Shown here: positions 49,259 through 58,746 of the stretch, piece by piece | Layout of the letters: every line of letters begins with the position of its first letter | Numbering within the stretch: the stretch's first letter is position 1 | Virus record (IMG/VR): IMGVR_UViG_3300036770_005754 | Coordinates: 7,472 to 71,471 of that record | Reading direction: 5' to 3' (one strand) | Length of the DNA stretch: 64,000 nt | Source of the DNA: a virus | The notes under the pieces: model-generated | Databases searched by the model: none | Seen by the model: the letters and a program-made list of their open reading frames with translations, nothing else | Told to the model about the DNA's origin: nothing | Translations under genes and position numbers: made by a program

Positions 49259-50670
49259 TTCCTGACACCAACGCCTATCGTACCAACCTTTGTGGCACCA
49301 GACGCTAGCTTGATAACATCGGACTTAAGAGCAGCAGAAGCACTAGGACTAGGAGGCGGCGGTGGAACGGGTGGCGGCACTGGCGGTGGCACTGGTGGCG
49401 GCACCGGCGGCGGGACAGGTGGTGGTACCGGCGGCGGGACTGGCGGCGGTACTGGAGGTGGGACTGGCGGCGGCGGAGGCGGTGGAGGCGGCGGAGGCGG
49501 CGGGGGCGGTTCTTCACAACCAGTAAGAGTAATACAATAATCGATGGCTGGGAGATTAAATTCACACATCGCCAGCTGATTAGCTAGATCTGATAATATT
49601 CCCCTAGCTTTGTCATCAAGAGAAGTAATATATTCTTTTACCTCACGACCCCACTTATTATCTAATTTAACCAACCTCTTCTTATACTCAGAGACGATCT
49701 CACCAACGAAACCAGATAGAGATAAAGTCCCATTAAAGTTTACAGGATTTCGAATATCATTTCTTGAACCTTTCGGCAATCTTAACAACTGCAAATCCAG
49801 CGGTGTATTATCTTCTGGCGGTTTAGCGAGCGACCAATTATCCAACCTTGTTAAATCACATTTATCTGGGTCTCTGTCTGGTCCATATACGACTGTTCTA
49901 GTTAAGGGGGTCGCGAGCACTTTGTCAGCTGGTCTATCGTCTTCAACATTGATTTTGGCCTTCGTTACAACGAGTTTACATCCATGACCATCATCGTCGA
50001 CTAGCCTTAAATCTACTATAGCTGTATCGGTTATTCCGTCGATATCATTGTATCTTATGCTATCAATAGTACACAGCTCATCAATATCTCTGCCTGGTCT
50101 ACCTTGATTGCCCTGCGGGCCACTACTAAATCCTGGCTCTCCTTGGTCTCCTTTATCGCCTTTGTCGCCTTTTTTACCCTTAGGACCACGCCTATCGATC
50201 ATTAAAGTATCTAAGAATCTATCGCTCAATCTGAAAACCAGACCCGGATAATTTTCAGCCGTAGAACCAGAGCATTCTAAAGACGTCACAGGTGTCGGAC
50301 AGTTCAGCTTCACTTGATTAGAATCAACACATACTATGTCTAAGCTATCGCTTTTTAGTTTAATATCACCAGTTATAACACCATCTGGATTTGTAGGGCT
50401 TTTTAATAATAATTTAGCATCTGTGATTATACCGAAGCCACCACCGACTGCTGGCACACTATCGATCAATCCCTTGTGTTGCGGAGATAATAAGCCCACA
50501 GACTCTAAAGAAGCTAATGGTATATCATCAGTTATCCCTCGACGTTCCCATACCCCCTCCTTACCATTGTATATCCACTGGACCATCTGACCATCGATGA
50601 ATCGCTGGCCGTCCGTGGGGACAATTGGCAAAAAAGTCGACCGACCACTTGGAAGAATAGTTGATGACAT
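49240..50670 (-). CDS. Putative tail fibre/virion protein with collagen-like segment and polyproline tail
   Basis: Start reassigned to MSSTILPSGR; GPKGKKGDKGDKGDQGEPG; N-terminal layout matches the 46586 gene; P15-(VPPP)9 tract. Confidence 0.65.
   Translation of the reverse strand: MSSTILPSGRSTFLPIVPTDGQRFIDGQMVQWIYNGKEGVWERRGITDDIPLASLESVGLLSPQHKGLIDSVPAVGGGFGIITDAKLLLKSPTNPDGVITGDIKLKSDSLDIVCVDSNQVKLNCPTPVTSLECSGSTAENYPGLVFRLSDRFLDTLMIDRRGPKGKKGDKGDKGDQGEPGFSSGPQGNQGRPGRDIDELCTIDSIRYNDIDGITDTAIVDLRLVDDDGHGCKLVVTKAKINVEDDRPADKVLATPLTRTVVYGPDRDPDKCDLTRLDNWSLAKPPEDNTPLDLQLLRLPKGSRNDIRNPVNFNGTLSLSGFVGEIVSEYKKRLVKLDNKWGREVKEYITSLDDKARGILSDLANQLAMCEFNLPAIDYCITLTGCEEPPPPPPPPPPPPPPPVPPPVPPPVPPPVPPPVPPPVPPPVPPPVPPPVPPPPPSPSASAALKSDVIKLASGATKVGTIGVGVRNWNIKL
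49352..49510 (-). repeat. Polyproline / (VPPP)x9 coding repeat
   Basis: GGN-rich tract on the + strand; 15 Pro then nine 12-nt VPPP units with varied synonymous codons. Confidence 0.9.
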
Positions 50671-50766
50671 AACTGTATATATCGCCCCGCAATAATGACA
50701 TAATAAATTTGGTTGAGATGATACTCGACTGATTCCTATCAAAACTACGTAAAATAGGAGACGACA

Positions 50767-52254
50767 ATGACAGAGAATATGATCATACAAGAAAACAACA
50801 ACGAATTTTTGTTGAGTAGACAGGGTGTCATAGGAACAGCCATAGGAGAAAAATGGCTGAATGGAAAACCAACTGGTGAAGAAGCAGTGCTTGTATTCGT
50901 AGAGAAGAAACATAAAGCAGAATCCATAATTAACAAAAGCACATTAAAACAATTCACTGAAGAAGACCTAGTTCCGCCTGAAATAGATGGTGTTAAGACT
51001 GATGTAATAGAAGTAGGTAAAATAGTTAAACACAATTACAGAGGAAAAGTCAGACCGATAAGGCCTGGGTTCAGTGTCGGACATGAAGAAACTACGGCAG
51101 GCACAATAGGTGGTATATTCACAGACTCCGACGGCGATCTAGTGATCCTGAGTAATAACCATGTGTTGGCTAATGAAAATAATGCGAAAATAGGTGATCT
51201 AATATACCAGCCAGGACCAGCAGATAATAAACAAAATATGAAAGACATCGGATGGCAAGAGCCAATAGTGGGACTACCATACATAGCGACATTAAAAAGA
51301 TTCGCTGAAATTCAAAAAGCAAATAACACGCATGACTCAGCAATAGCCAAAATACATCCAAGAGTGATACAAAGCGGCTTGATTAATCAACTATACCCAC
51401 AGATAAATAGTAAACTAACAGGCTTCAACAACGCCACAGTTGGAATGCAAGTTCAAAAGTGCGGTAGAACAACTGGATACACCACAGGTAGAGTATTAGG
51501 CGTTAATGCTAGCTTCGGTGTCCAATACGACCTGGGCGAAGCCAAGTTCAATAAGTGCATAGTAATGTCTGGAATGAGCAAAGGCGGAGACTCTGGAAGT
51601 TTAATATTAGACATGGACGAAAGAGCCGTCGGCCTCTTATTCGCGGGCTCAAACAAGATAACACTAGCAAACCCAATTGAAATAGTCAGAGATTATTATG
51701 GTCTACAACTACCAGAGGACGAGCGAGTTCAGTTGGATGACGACAGATGGATAACCAAAAAGTCAGAATCAAGTGAAATATCAGTATCCAACGTCCTAAA
51801 GATAAAAGCACCAGCTAATCATTATGCATGTATAGAGAGAAAAATCCAGTCATTTAAATCAATAGAATTTGCAATTAACACGGGAACAGACAAAGGTGCA
51901 ACGTGGGGAACAGGCGTATCGATACACTGGCCAAATGGTTATATAAAAATAAATCTCAGATATTCAATGACATTTGGCGGATATGTCAATGGTAGTTCCA
52001 ACCTTAGTGTTGGTAAAACGCGTGATAACTACTGGTATAAGATCAGAATAAGATTAACTGACAAATCATATATAGGTGAGATTAACGAAGATGGAAAATG
52101 GTACACGATAGTAGAAGCGTCTAGGAAAGTGTTCACAGAAATGCCACAATTAATAAGACTTGGTAAAACAGATCTGAACGGAGGACTATCGAACCATAAT
52201 ACAAGCGGCAATGTCGGAAATTCCGAAATAAAGGACCTAAACTTCACAGGTTGA
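50767..52254 (+). CDS. Trypsin-like serine protease (S1, Nal1-like) with prodomain and C-terminal beta-sandwich
   Basis: TAGTIGG, ILSNNHVLA (His), HDSAIA (Asp), KCGRTTGYTTG, GGDSGS (Ser). Confidence 0.88.
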   Translation: MTENMIIQENNNEFLLSRQGVIGTAIGEKWLNGKPTGEEAVLVFVEKKHKAESIINKSTLKQFTEEDLVPPEIDGVKTDVIEVGKIVKHNYRGKVRPIRPGFSVGHEETTAGTIGGIFTDSDGDLVILSNNHVLANENNAKIGDLIYQPGPADNKQNMKDIGWQEPIVGLPYIATLKRFAEIQKANNTHDSAIAKIHPRVIQSGLINQLYPQINSKLTGFNNATVGMQVQKCGRTTGYTTGRVLGVNASFGVQYDLGEAKFNKCIVMSGMSKGGDSGSLILDMDERAVGLLFAGSNKITLANPIEIVRDYYGLQLPEDERVQLDDDRWITKKSESSEISVSNVLKIKAPANHYACIERKIQSFKSIEFAINTGTDKGATWGTGVSIHWPNGYIKINLRYSMTFGGYVNGSSNLSVGKTRDNYWYKIRIRLTDKSYIGEINEDGKWYTIVEASRKVFTEMPQLIRLGKTDLNGGLSNHNTSGNVGNSEIKDLNFTG

Positions 52255-52267
52255 GCTGATTCGTCTT

Positions 52268-52474
52268 TTATTCGTCTCTACCTCTCTTCGTAACCCTCAA
52301 TTCTGACTCTACTAACTTACTAAGATTCCTGAGTTGATGGCCTAAAGCAAGCAAGGCAGTATTCTTAGTACTAGAATCCAAAACCAGCATCCCTAAACTA
52401 ACTGCTAGATCATAATCAATAGACAGAGTGATCCTGGGATCGATCTCGAAAGCAGCGTTGACTTTATCTGACAT
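52268..52474 (-). CDS. Small hypothetical protein
   Basis: 68-aa ORF; AAAGG upstream. Confidence 0.5.
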   Translation of the reverse strand: MSDKVNAAFEIDPRITLSIDYDLAVSLGMLVLDSSTKNTALLALGHQLRNLSKLVESELRVTKRGRDE

Positions 52475-52521
52475 ATACGGCCTTTCAGTAAAATCATTTA
52501 CTATTAAATTTTACGTAAGAC

Positions 52522-53709
52522 TCACATCCTAACAACATATCCCCAGTCAGGACCTGGCTGATCTGTTGTTATGACGCATATGTATGGGAAATTTTTGTCT
52601 GAAGTATAATTACAATATCCATCTGTTAGCATGATCTGGACATCCTTAACATGCCCATTATCACAAAGCCATTCGATAGGCTTAGCCATATCAGTACCGC
52701 CTCTACCATTGATACTAAATTTACGCCAGTCTCCCCTTCTATACTTTGAATAACCAGCGAATTGACGGTCCCATTGTAGAATCCAGACTCTATATCCGGA
52801 ACATATAGATTCGATCTCTGTGAAGAATTGTTCTAGATCATCGTTAGAAATAGAACCAGAAGTGTCTATTATGACATTTACGTCCGATGATGCATGGCGA
52901 CTTTTCCCTTTAGTGCCGAATTCCTGTCTCCTCCTGTTAGCTCTACTATAGGTTCTTCTACTACTACCGGCATGCCTACCGACATATCTCTTCAATAAAT
53001 CACGCCAACGTATCAAAGGTTTAGACAATCCTGCTATCAATTCTGATAGGTGGCCAGGGATATACCCGTTACATTTTGAAGAAGCATCTTCGACAAGATT
53101 TTTGACGATTTGCCTGACTTCGTCAATTGAAACATCAGTCTGTGACCAAGTACTATGGTTGTCTATGGCTTTACCGTCAGTAGTAGCACCATTGACCAAC
53201 TTGTCATAGTAGTCTTCTACAGTGCAGTCAGTATCCCAACCTTTTGGAATCCAAACTGGATTCAATGGAAAAATCGGTCTGTTATTGCTAATATAGCCGA
53301 TCCTTGGATTATTCTCAGGACCATTAACGCACATATCTGCCGCTAAATTCCAGGCTTCCGGATCTCTATTCGAGACACGCACACAATGACACCTGACAAT
53401 GTGTTCAATCTCATGTTGCACTACCGTATACAGCTCTTCAATGGCAATTGATTCTACAAAAGGCTCATAATATAAACATTGTACCTCACCACCGTCAACA
53501 ATCCTGACGCCCATGGTCCTTTCATCTTCTGGTATCCAAGACATGGTACTTTTTATCCATACCATGTTCATAGCGATGTGGCCATACCACGGCTCGCGGG
53601 TCATGAGTCTGCAGCGAGCTTTCATTAATTTGTCCGAAGACGACAATTCACTCTCCCCATGATACATTTGACATAATTTTTTGTAATTCCGGTGTTTTTG
53701 ATAAAACAT
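52522..53709 (-). CDS. vWA-domain protein with N-terminal HExxH metallopeptidase-like domain (DUF2201 type); start uncertain
   Basis: VVQHEIEHIVRCH, WNLAADMCVN, MIDAS VIIDTSGSIS, GRGGTD, MLTDGY. Confidence 0.88.
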   Translation of the reverse strand: MFYQKHRNYKKLCQMYHGESELSSSDKLMKARCRLMTREPWYGHIAMNMVWIKSTMSWIPEDERTMGVRIVDGGEVQCLYYEPFVESIAIEELYTVVQHEIEHIVRCHCVRVSNRDPEAWNLAADMCVNGPENNPRIGYISNNRPIFPLNPVWIPKGWDTDCTVEDYYDKLVNGATTDGKAIDNHSTWSQTDVSIDEVRQIVKNLVEDASSKCNGYIPGHLSELIAGLSKPLIRWRDLLKRYVGRHAGSSRRTYSRANRRRQEFGTKGKSRHASSDVNVIIDTSGSISNDDLEQFFTEIESICSGYRVWILQWDRQFAGYSKYRRGDWRKFSINGRGGTDMAKPIEWLCDNGHVKDVQIMLTDGYCNYTSDKNFPYICVITTDQPGPDWGYVVRM

Positions 53710-54889
53710 CTATGAAAGTGTTTTTGTTAGTGCTCTTATTGATTTTAGATAACATATTTGCTAACGATGGGTTGGATATCGCAGCAGCACGAATTTTTGA
53801 ACCTTTATCGCGTTTGTCAGCACCAACTAGAGCCCTACAGAATGCTACTGCTACGTCCTTGTCTTGGGCATGTGAAGCTACAAATTTTGAAAAGTCAACG
53901 CACACGTTGATTATATCTTCTCTGTCGATATTATTTCTACAGATCGAGACGAGGCCCCACATTAGTCCAGTCAGCTGATTCCTGCTCAATTTTTTAAGTT
54001 CGTTCTCGTATTTCCCAACCCCATGTGCCACTATGCTGTTCGGTTTTATCGGGCATGAATGCTTACTGTAAGATAATGCTAAGTCTCTGCCGATAAGCCC
54101 AGCATAACATTCAACTCTCGCTGCTTCTGAATATTCGCCTTTAGCAAACTCGGCATTAATCCTAGCGATCATATCCCATGATCTTCTAGATGGTGAAATG
54201 TTGAAGCCTAGCTCACCTTCCAGCTTACCGTCCAGATGGTCTACGTTGTGTGATGTAAATTCAATGATGTCTGATATCAAGTCGCCATGAGTATCAGACA
54301 TGTATTCGACCCATTCTCCAAATGTTTCCTCACCACTAGATAGTATCATATGACAGAATCTGTCAAGAAACGCTTGGTCTGTAAAACCAGTGACCATATA
54401 GCCTTCCATGAAATTACCAGCCGCGACTATGAACCAGCCTGGTGGTAATGTATATTGACCTACTGACCTATCTAATACCAATTGAAAGACAGATTGCTGA
54501 ACATCGTCCTGCGATCTGTTTATCTCATCTAGGAACAAGATACCTGTTTTATATCTGCATTGCAAAGATCTAAATTTATCATTATATAATCTGGTATCAT
54601 CGATTTTCGACAACTCTGAATTTATTGATTCAATGCTCATATTCCCGATTGGCATGTCGGCAGGCGGTAGGTAATGTGTTCTACCATCATCACCAGCTTT
54701 TGGTAGACCTCTTATGTCAGACGCTTCTAATTGAGAGCATCTTAAATCTATAAAACCCATCCCATTGTCTGATGCAAGCTGTTTAACAAGGCTGGATTTT
54801 CCGAGTCCTCTATGCCCCCATATGAACGGAGTTATTCCAGCACGTCCACACAGCATGACAGCTTCTTTTATTACACTTATCTTAGCCAT
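53648..54889 (-). CDS. MoxR-like AAA+ ATPase
   Basis: GHRGLGKSS Walker A, DIRGLP, LFLDEINRS Walker B, IVAAGN, AFLDRF. Confidence 0.9.
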   Translation of the reverse strand: MAKISVIKEAVMLCGRAGITPFIWGHRGLGKSSLVKQLASDNGMGFIDLRCSQLEASDIRGLPKAGDDGRTHYLPPADMPIGNMSIESINSELSKIDDTRLYNDKFRSLQCRYKTGILFLDEINRSQDDVQQSVFQLVLDRSVGQYTLPPGWFIVAAGNFMEGYMVTGFTDQAFLDRFCHMILSSGEETFGEWVEYMSDTHGDLISDIIEFTSHNVDHLDGKLEGELGFNISPSRRSWDMIARINAEFAKGEYSEAARVECYAGLIGRDLALSYSKHSCPIKPNSIVAHGVGKYENELKKLSRNQLTGLMWGLVSICRNNIDREDIINVCVDFSKFVASHAQDKDVAVAFCRALVGADKRDKGSKIRAAAISNPSLANMLSKINKSTNKNTFIDVLSKTPELQKIMSNVSWGE

Positions 54890-55330
54890 TTAAATCTCTT
54901 GATTTTTAAGTTTATACAAAACCCTAACGACGCTATCTGTCGCAGTATCTGAATCGATGTTTCTGTTTTCTGGTGTCGAAGAACTCTCTCCAGTTGCTCC
55001 ATTTATGTTAAAAGAATCTCTAGAATATTTTCTAAGCATGGTGTATAATTTATCTGAAGCAGGAGCGGACCTAGGGCCTTTGATCTCATTTATTAGACGA
55101 TTGGCGTCCAAATTATATTCTCCAAATAACGAATCACGCCATATGAATGTCCTGGTTCCCCATCTGTAATATACTCCTATCGGTTCTGACTTCGGATCTT
55201 CCAAATTTCTGTTAGACAATTCTACTATATAGAGATTACTCTTGAAATTTTTCGGCAACGATATGTTATTTATAACTAGAAATTTGGTGACTACGAAAAA
55301 TTTACAATCAATATCCATGGTCGTGCTCAT
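54890..55330 (-). CDS. Hypothetical protein
   Basis: 146-aa ORF abutting the AAA gene. Confidence 0.6.
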   Translation of the reverse strand: MSTTMDIDCKFFVVTKFLVINNISLPKNFKSNLYIVELSNRNLEDPKSEPIGVYYRWGTRTFIWRDSLFGEYNLDANRLINEIKGPRSAPASDKLYTMLRKYSRDSFNINGATGESSSTPENRNIDSDTATDSVVRVLYKLKNQEI

Positions 55331-55386
55331 ATTGGTATAAACAGCACTTTATATATTTGTTTAATCTTTGATTTCATGTGAAACAG

Positions 55387-56148
55387 TTATCGGTTAACCA
55401 GTGCATGCGGCTCGAACATATATGAAAACCAATGCCTATTTGCTGGCTGCGCTTCTGGAGTATGTTTTGGTTCATGTTGACAATTTGTCGCATAATCGGC
55501 CGACCAACGACTCAAGTAGTCCCTTCCTGAGACAATGACATAATTATAACAATCTGGGCACCAGCGTTCTATCGCTCGAAGTTCACCAAGATTCGCAATA
55601 TTGCGTTCTACTTGGTCAACGTCTCCCGGTTCCACAATCACTCCAGCTTGATCGCCTTTGGCTACTGATGCATAACCACCAGTTTCGTAATCTTGGGACA
55701 ATTTGATACCCAATCCGATTAAATGTTTATACCAAGCTTTGCGTATGTCCATGCCTTTGTAGTACTTAAACACACTTTCTGGTTCATAGCCAAATGCTAG
55801 TCCTCGTATCAAATGCGCTTCAGCATCCGTAGTATCAACTACCAAATCAAGTATATCACGATTTTTCGGCAATGCAACCATCCATTGCTTTCCATAATCT
55901 ACTACATCTAAATCATCGAAATCTGCTGATACACAATCGGATTTCCAGGGATTTCCAACTAACCGTTTATTGTTTAATAATTCATGTCGAATAATACTAC
56001 CAGTATGTAGTTCACCTGGGTCAGTAAAATCATTACGGCTAAATGACCATCGGATCAATTTAGAAACAGGACCACTGTCGCCTAATATTCCAGATAAGAT
56101 TAAAGCAAGATCTGTGCTTTCGACTATGCTTCTTAGTTTCATACACAT
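55387..56148 (-). CDS. Hypothetical protein (N-terminus MKLRSIVES)
   Basis: 253-aa ORF; AGGA upstream. Confidence 0.65.
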   Translation of the reverse strand: MCMKLRSIVESTDLALILSGILGDSGPVSKLIRWSFSRNDFTDPGELHTGSIIRHELLNNKRLVGNPWKSDCVSADFDDLDVVDYGKQWMVALPKNRDILDLVVDTTDAEAHLIRGLAFGYEPESVFKYYKGMDIRKAWYKHLIGLGIKLSQDYETGGYASVAKGDQAGVIVEPGDVDQVERNIANLGELRAIERWCPDCYNYVIVSGRDYLSRWSADYATNCQHEPKHTPEAQPANRHWFSYMFEPHALVNR

Positions 56149-56190
56149 ATCCTAACAATCGTTGTCTAACATCATTTTATGTTTGTTTAA

Positions 56191-57309
56191 TCATCTAGGC
56201 TCTACATATTGTTTGTTTATAGCTGCGAAATAACCGCTCGTACCAGCACGCAATGAAGGCGGAACATGAATAGTTAAACCGTTCCTGACGTCGTCAATAG
56301 CAGCCATTATAGCGTTGTATGCTGTTTTGTCGCGTTTGCTACTAGCCATCTCACAAGTCGCTAAGGCCATTGGTATGACGCATTCAGGTAATCCAGTCCT
56401 TTCTGTTGTGTAAGAAGCCGCCATCGCGATCGGACCCGCCAGAGGGTTGCTCGCACAATCTTCGAATGCAGTTATCAACATTCTTCTACATATATAGGCA
56501 GGATCTTCACCAGATTCGATCCACTTAGCCAACCAATATATAGCGGCGTTTACATCGGAATTTTGAATAGACTCTTGGTAGCAATGTGCGAGATCATAAT
56601 GTTCGTTCCCACTTGCATCAAAAACCAAGTGTTTGTCGGGTATTGCTAAATTTATGTGATCTGCTGTGATATGATCATCGTCGGACAGTATTTCTATCGC
56701 AGTTTCTAGAGCTGTTATCAATTTTCTAGCATCGCCACTGCTTCGCAATATCAAAATCTTGGCCGCTTCTTTATCTATATCTATCTTCCTACCTTTGTTC
56801 TTATAATGTTCCTTAACCTTCATGATTATTTTTATCAATGATGGAGTTTGTAGTGGTTTAAGTTCAAAGACCAGACATCTAGATAGCAATGTGCTATTAA
56901 CTGCGAATTTTGGGTTCTCAGTCGTAGCACCAAATAGTATTATTGTCCCGTCCTCCACCACTGGGAGCATTGTATCTTGTTGTGACTTATTCCAACGATG
57001 TATTTCGTCTACGAACACAATCGTTGCTTTGTCATTGTTTCTAGCTGATGAAATCATCGACCTTAGATCGCTTACCGTAGCTTTTGTGGCGTTCAGTTGA
57101 CAGAAAACAGCATCGATTTCATTAGCTAATGACCTTACTATAGATGTCTTACCAATACCAGTTGGTCCCCATAATATAGTGCTCCTCACGGTGTTCTTCA
57201 ATGCCATTTTTGATAGTGGCTTGCCGTCGTCTGTAAGGTGTTCTTGGCCTATAATATCTTTTAATTTGCTTGGCCGCAATTCCACAGCCAGTGGGGTCGA
57301 TTTACCCAT
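56191..57309 (-). CDS. rarA: Replication-associated recombination protein A (RarA/MgsA), C-terminally shortened
   Basis: PLAVELRP...IIGQEHL, WGPTGIGKTS, FVDEIHRWNKSQQD, GATTENP, ALLSR-like TLLSRC, SGDARK, GEDPAYICRRM. Confidence 0.92.
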   Translation of the reverse strand: MGKSTPLAVELRPSKLKDIIGQEHLTDDGKPLSKMALKNTVRSTILWGPTGIGKTSIVRSLANEIDAVFCQLNATKATVSDLRSMISSARNNDKATIVFVDEIHRWNKSQQDTMLPVVEDGTIILFGATTENPKFAVNSTLLSRCLVFELKPLQTPSLIKIIMKVKEHYKNKGRKIDIDKEAAKILILRSSGDARKLITALETAIEILSDDDHITADHINLAIPDKHLVFDASGNEHYDLAHCYQESIQNSDVNAAIYWLAKWIESGEDPAYICRRMLITAFEDCASNPLAGPIAMAASYTTERTGLPECVIPMALATCEMASSKRDKTAYNAIMAAIDDVRNGLTIHVPPSLRAGTSGYFAAINKQYVEPR

Positions 57310-57938
57310 TAGAATGGTGCTTCTTCTTTAGATGGTGTGATACTCTCGCCGATCAATGAATTAATACCTTTTTCAGAAATTCCTTCAATCTGTAGTAGGC
57401 TATTGATACCTTGATCATTTACCGGTGCCGAACCGTTCCAGATTGGTTTTATGTGCTTCAATATGGTCTTAATATTTCTGTCAGATAGTTCAAAAGTACA
57501 ATCGAACCAAGACGAGTCTGTGAAATTTCGGCCTCCGCTGATACCTTTACATTCATTGCCGTATATGAATATACATGCTTTCATGTGTATATCCGTGGCC
57601 ATCTTCCATTTAAATTCCGGAAAATGATCTACATGGTTAGATAATCTAATGAATATTTTACAATATTCCGCTTCACAGTCAACACACGCTCTTCTACCTT
57701 TACAGCTTTTATATTTCGGTACTCCTATCAAAAATTTGACATCCGGCACCGATCGCATTTTCTCCATCAGATCTCTAGTCTTTGATCTGAATTTCCAGTC
57801 GATTTGCGTCATATCATGACCGGCATAACTTATGCCAGCATATAACCCAAATGAAGTTATGATTGCGCTCTTTGGGTTTTCATCTATTCTGTCAGACAAC
57901 CATCTCACATGGTCATCGTAATTTATCAATAATTCCAT
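57309..57938 (-). CDS. Putative phospholipase D-like (HxK) nuclease-domain protein
   Basis: DIHMKACIF and GGRNFT resemble a single HKD motif. Confidence 0.45.
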   Translation of the reverse strand: MELLINYDDHVRWLSDRIDENPKSAIITSFGLYAGISYAGHDMTQIDWKFRSKTRDLMEKMRSVPDVKFLIGVPKYKSCKGRRACVDCEAEYCKIFIRLSNHVDHFPEFKWKMATDIHMKACIFIYGNECKGISGGRNFTDSSWFDCTFELSDRNIKTILKHIKPIWNGSAPVNDQGINSLLQIEGISEKGINSLIGESITPSKEEAPF

Positions 57939-57955
57939 AATATGTCTCGAAATAA

Positions 57956-57986
57956 GAAGACCCAGGATTTTGTATCCTGGGTCTTC
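57956..57986 (-). terminator. Intrinsic terminator
   Basis: Perfect 13-bp stem GAAGACCCAGGAT/ATCCTGGGTCTTC, 5-nt loop, TTATTT tail on the minus strand. Confidence 0.75.
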
Positions 57987-58001
57987 GTCATGTGCTATGA
58001 A

Positions 58002-58448
58002 TTAAATTAAAACGAAGTCGTGGTTCTCTGATATCATAATACTTGCCTGCGAGGTATTACCAAGTCTGATACTATCGAGAGTTGCTAAAGCAATCTCGCT
58101 GGCCTGTTCGAATGTGATGTTTTGCTTGTTTTTTCTAGCTGCGGCTAAAGCCTGTCTGGTCATTGCTTTTACGAGATCTTTTTTATACCCTCTGTTTGAG
58201 TTCGATGCTTGTTCTTGGTTGTAACGCCTCATAACATATCTCTGAGCTTCTTGCCCATCTGTTGGGTTAAAACATGCTATGATCCTTGGTAACATCTCAA
58301 TCAATATTGAGATAATGCTGCCCATCGCTAGACCAGACATATTCTGTCTATTATCCAGTGAATTTGCGATTAGGGTTGCTCGTGCGAGCGTTTGCGGCTG
58401 AGGTCGGTGCATTGATAACTCCTTGGTTATGGTGAAGACTGACTTCAT
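58002..58448 (-). CDS. Hypothetical protein
   Basis: 148-aa ORF; start may be the internal MHRPQ. Confidence 0.6.
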   Translation of the reverse strand: MKSVFTITKELSMHRPQPQTLARATLIANSLDNRQNMSGLAMGSIISILIEMLPRIIACFNPTDGQEAQRYVMRRYNQEQASNSNRGYKKDLVKAMTRQALAAARKNKQNITFEQASEIALATLDSIRLGNTSQASIMISENHDFVLI

Positions 58449-58699
58449 TTCAAATACGTAGCAGTGCGAGTGGTATTATCCTTCAACACCATGGTTAGAA
58501 CATATCCTTTTTCAGATATTTCAAGTGTTAAAATTGACAAACTGTAATCGTCTCTCTTGGAAGTAGAATCTATGTATTTTGTCAATTTACTCACTTCTGA
58601 ATCGCTGAAGCCAAGTGATAATGCTAATTCTTCGACTGACTCTTTAACATGGGCATGTACCAGACCACCAGCATCTAATATGGCTCTATATGTGATCAT
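58445..58699 (-). CDS. Hypothetical protein
   Basis: 84-aa ORF coupled to the next gene. Confidence 0.55.
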   Translation of the reverse strand: MITYRAILDAGGLVHAHVKESVEELALSLGFSDSEVSKLTKYIDSTSKRDDYSLSILTLEISEKGYVLTMVLKDNTTRTATYLK

Positions 58700-58746
58700 T
58701 TTTGTTCAACCCATAGTATTGATAATTAACATACAACACGCCATTC

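Noticed and set aside
49352-49510. G-quadruplex regulatory element
   Set aside because: G-richness follows from Pro codons on the other strand, and runs are mostly GG.
49211-49540. Gly/Thr-rich + strand ORF
   Set aside because: It is the antisense shadow of the polyproline tract in the 49240-50670 gene.
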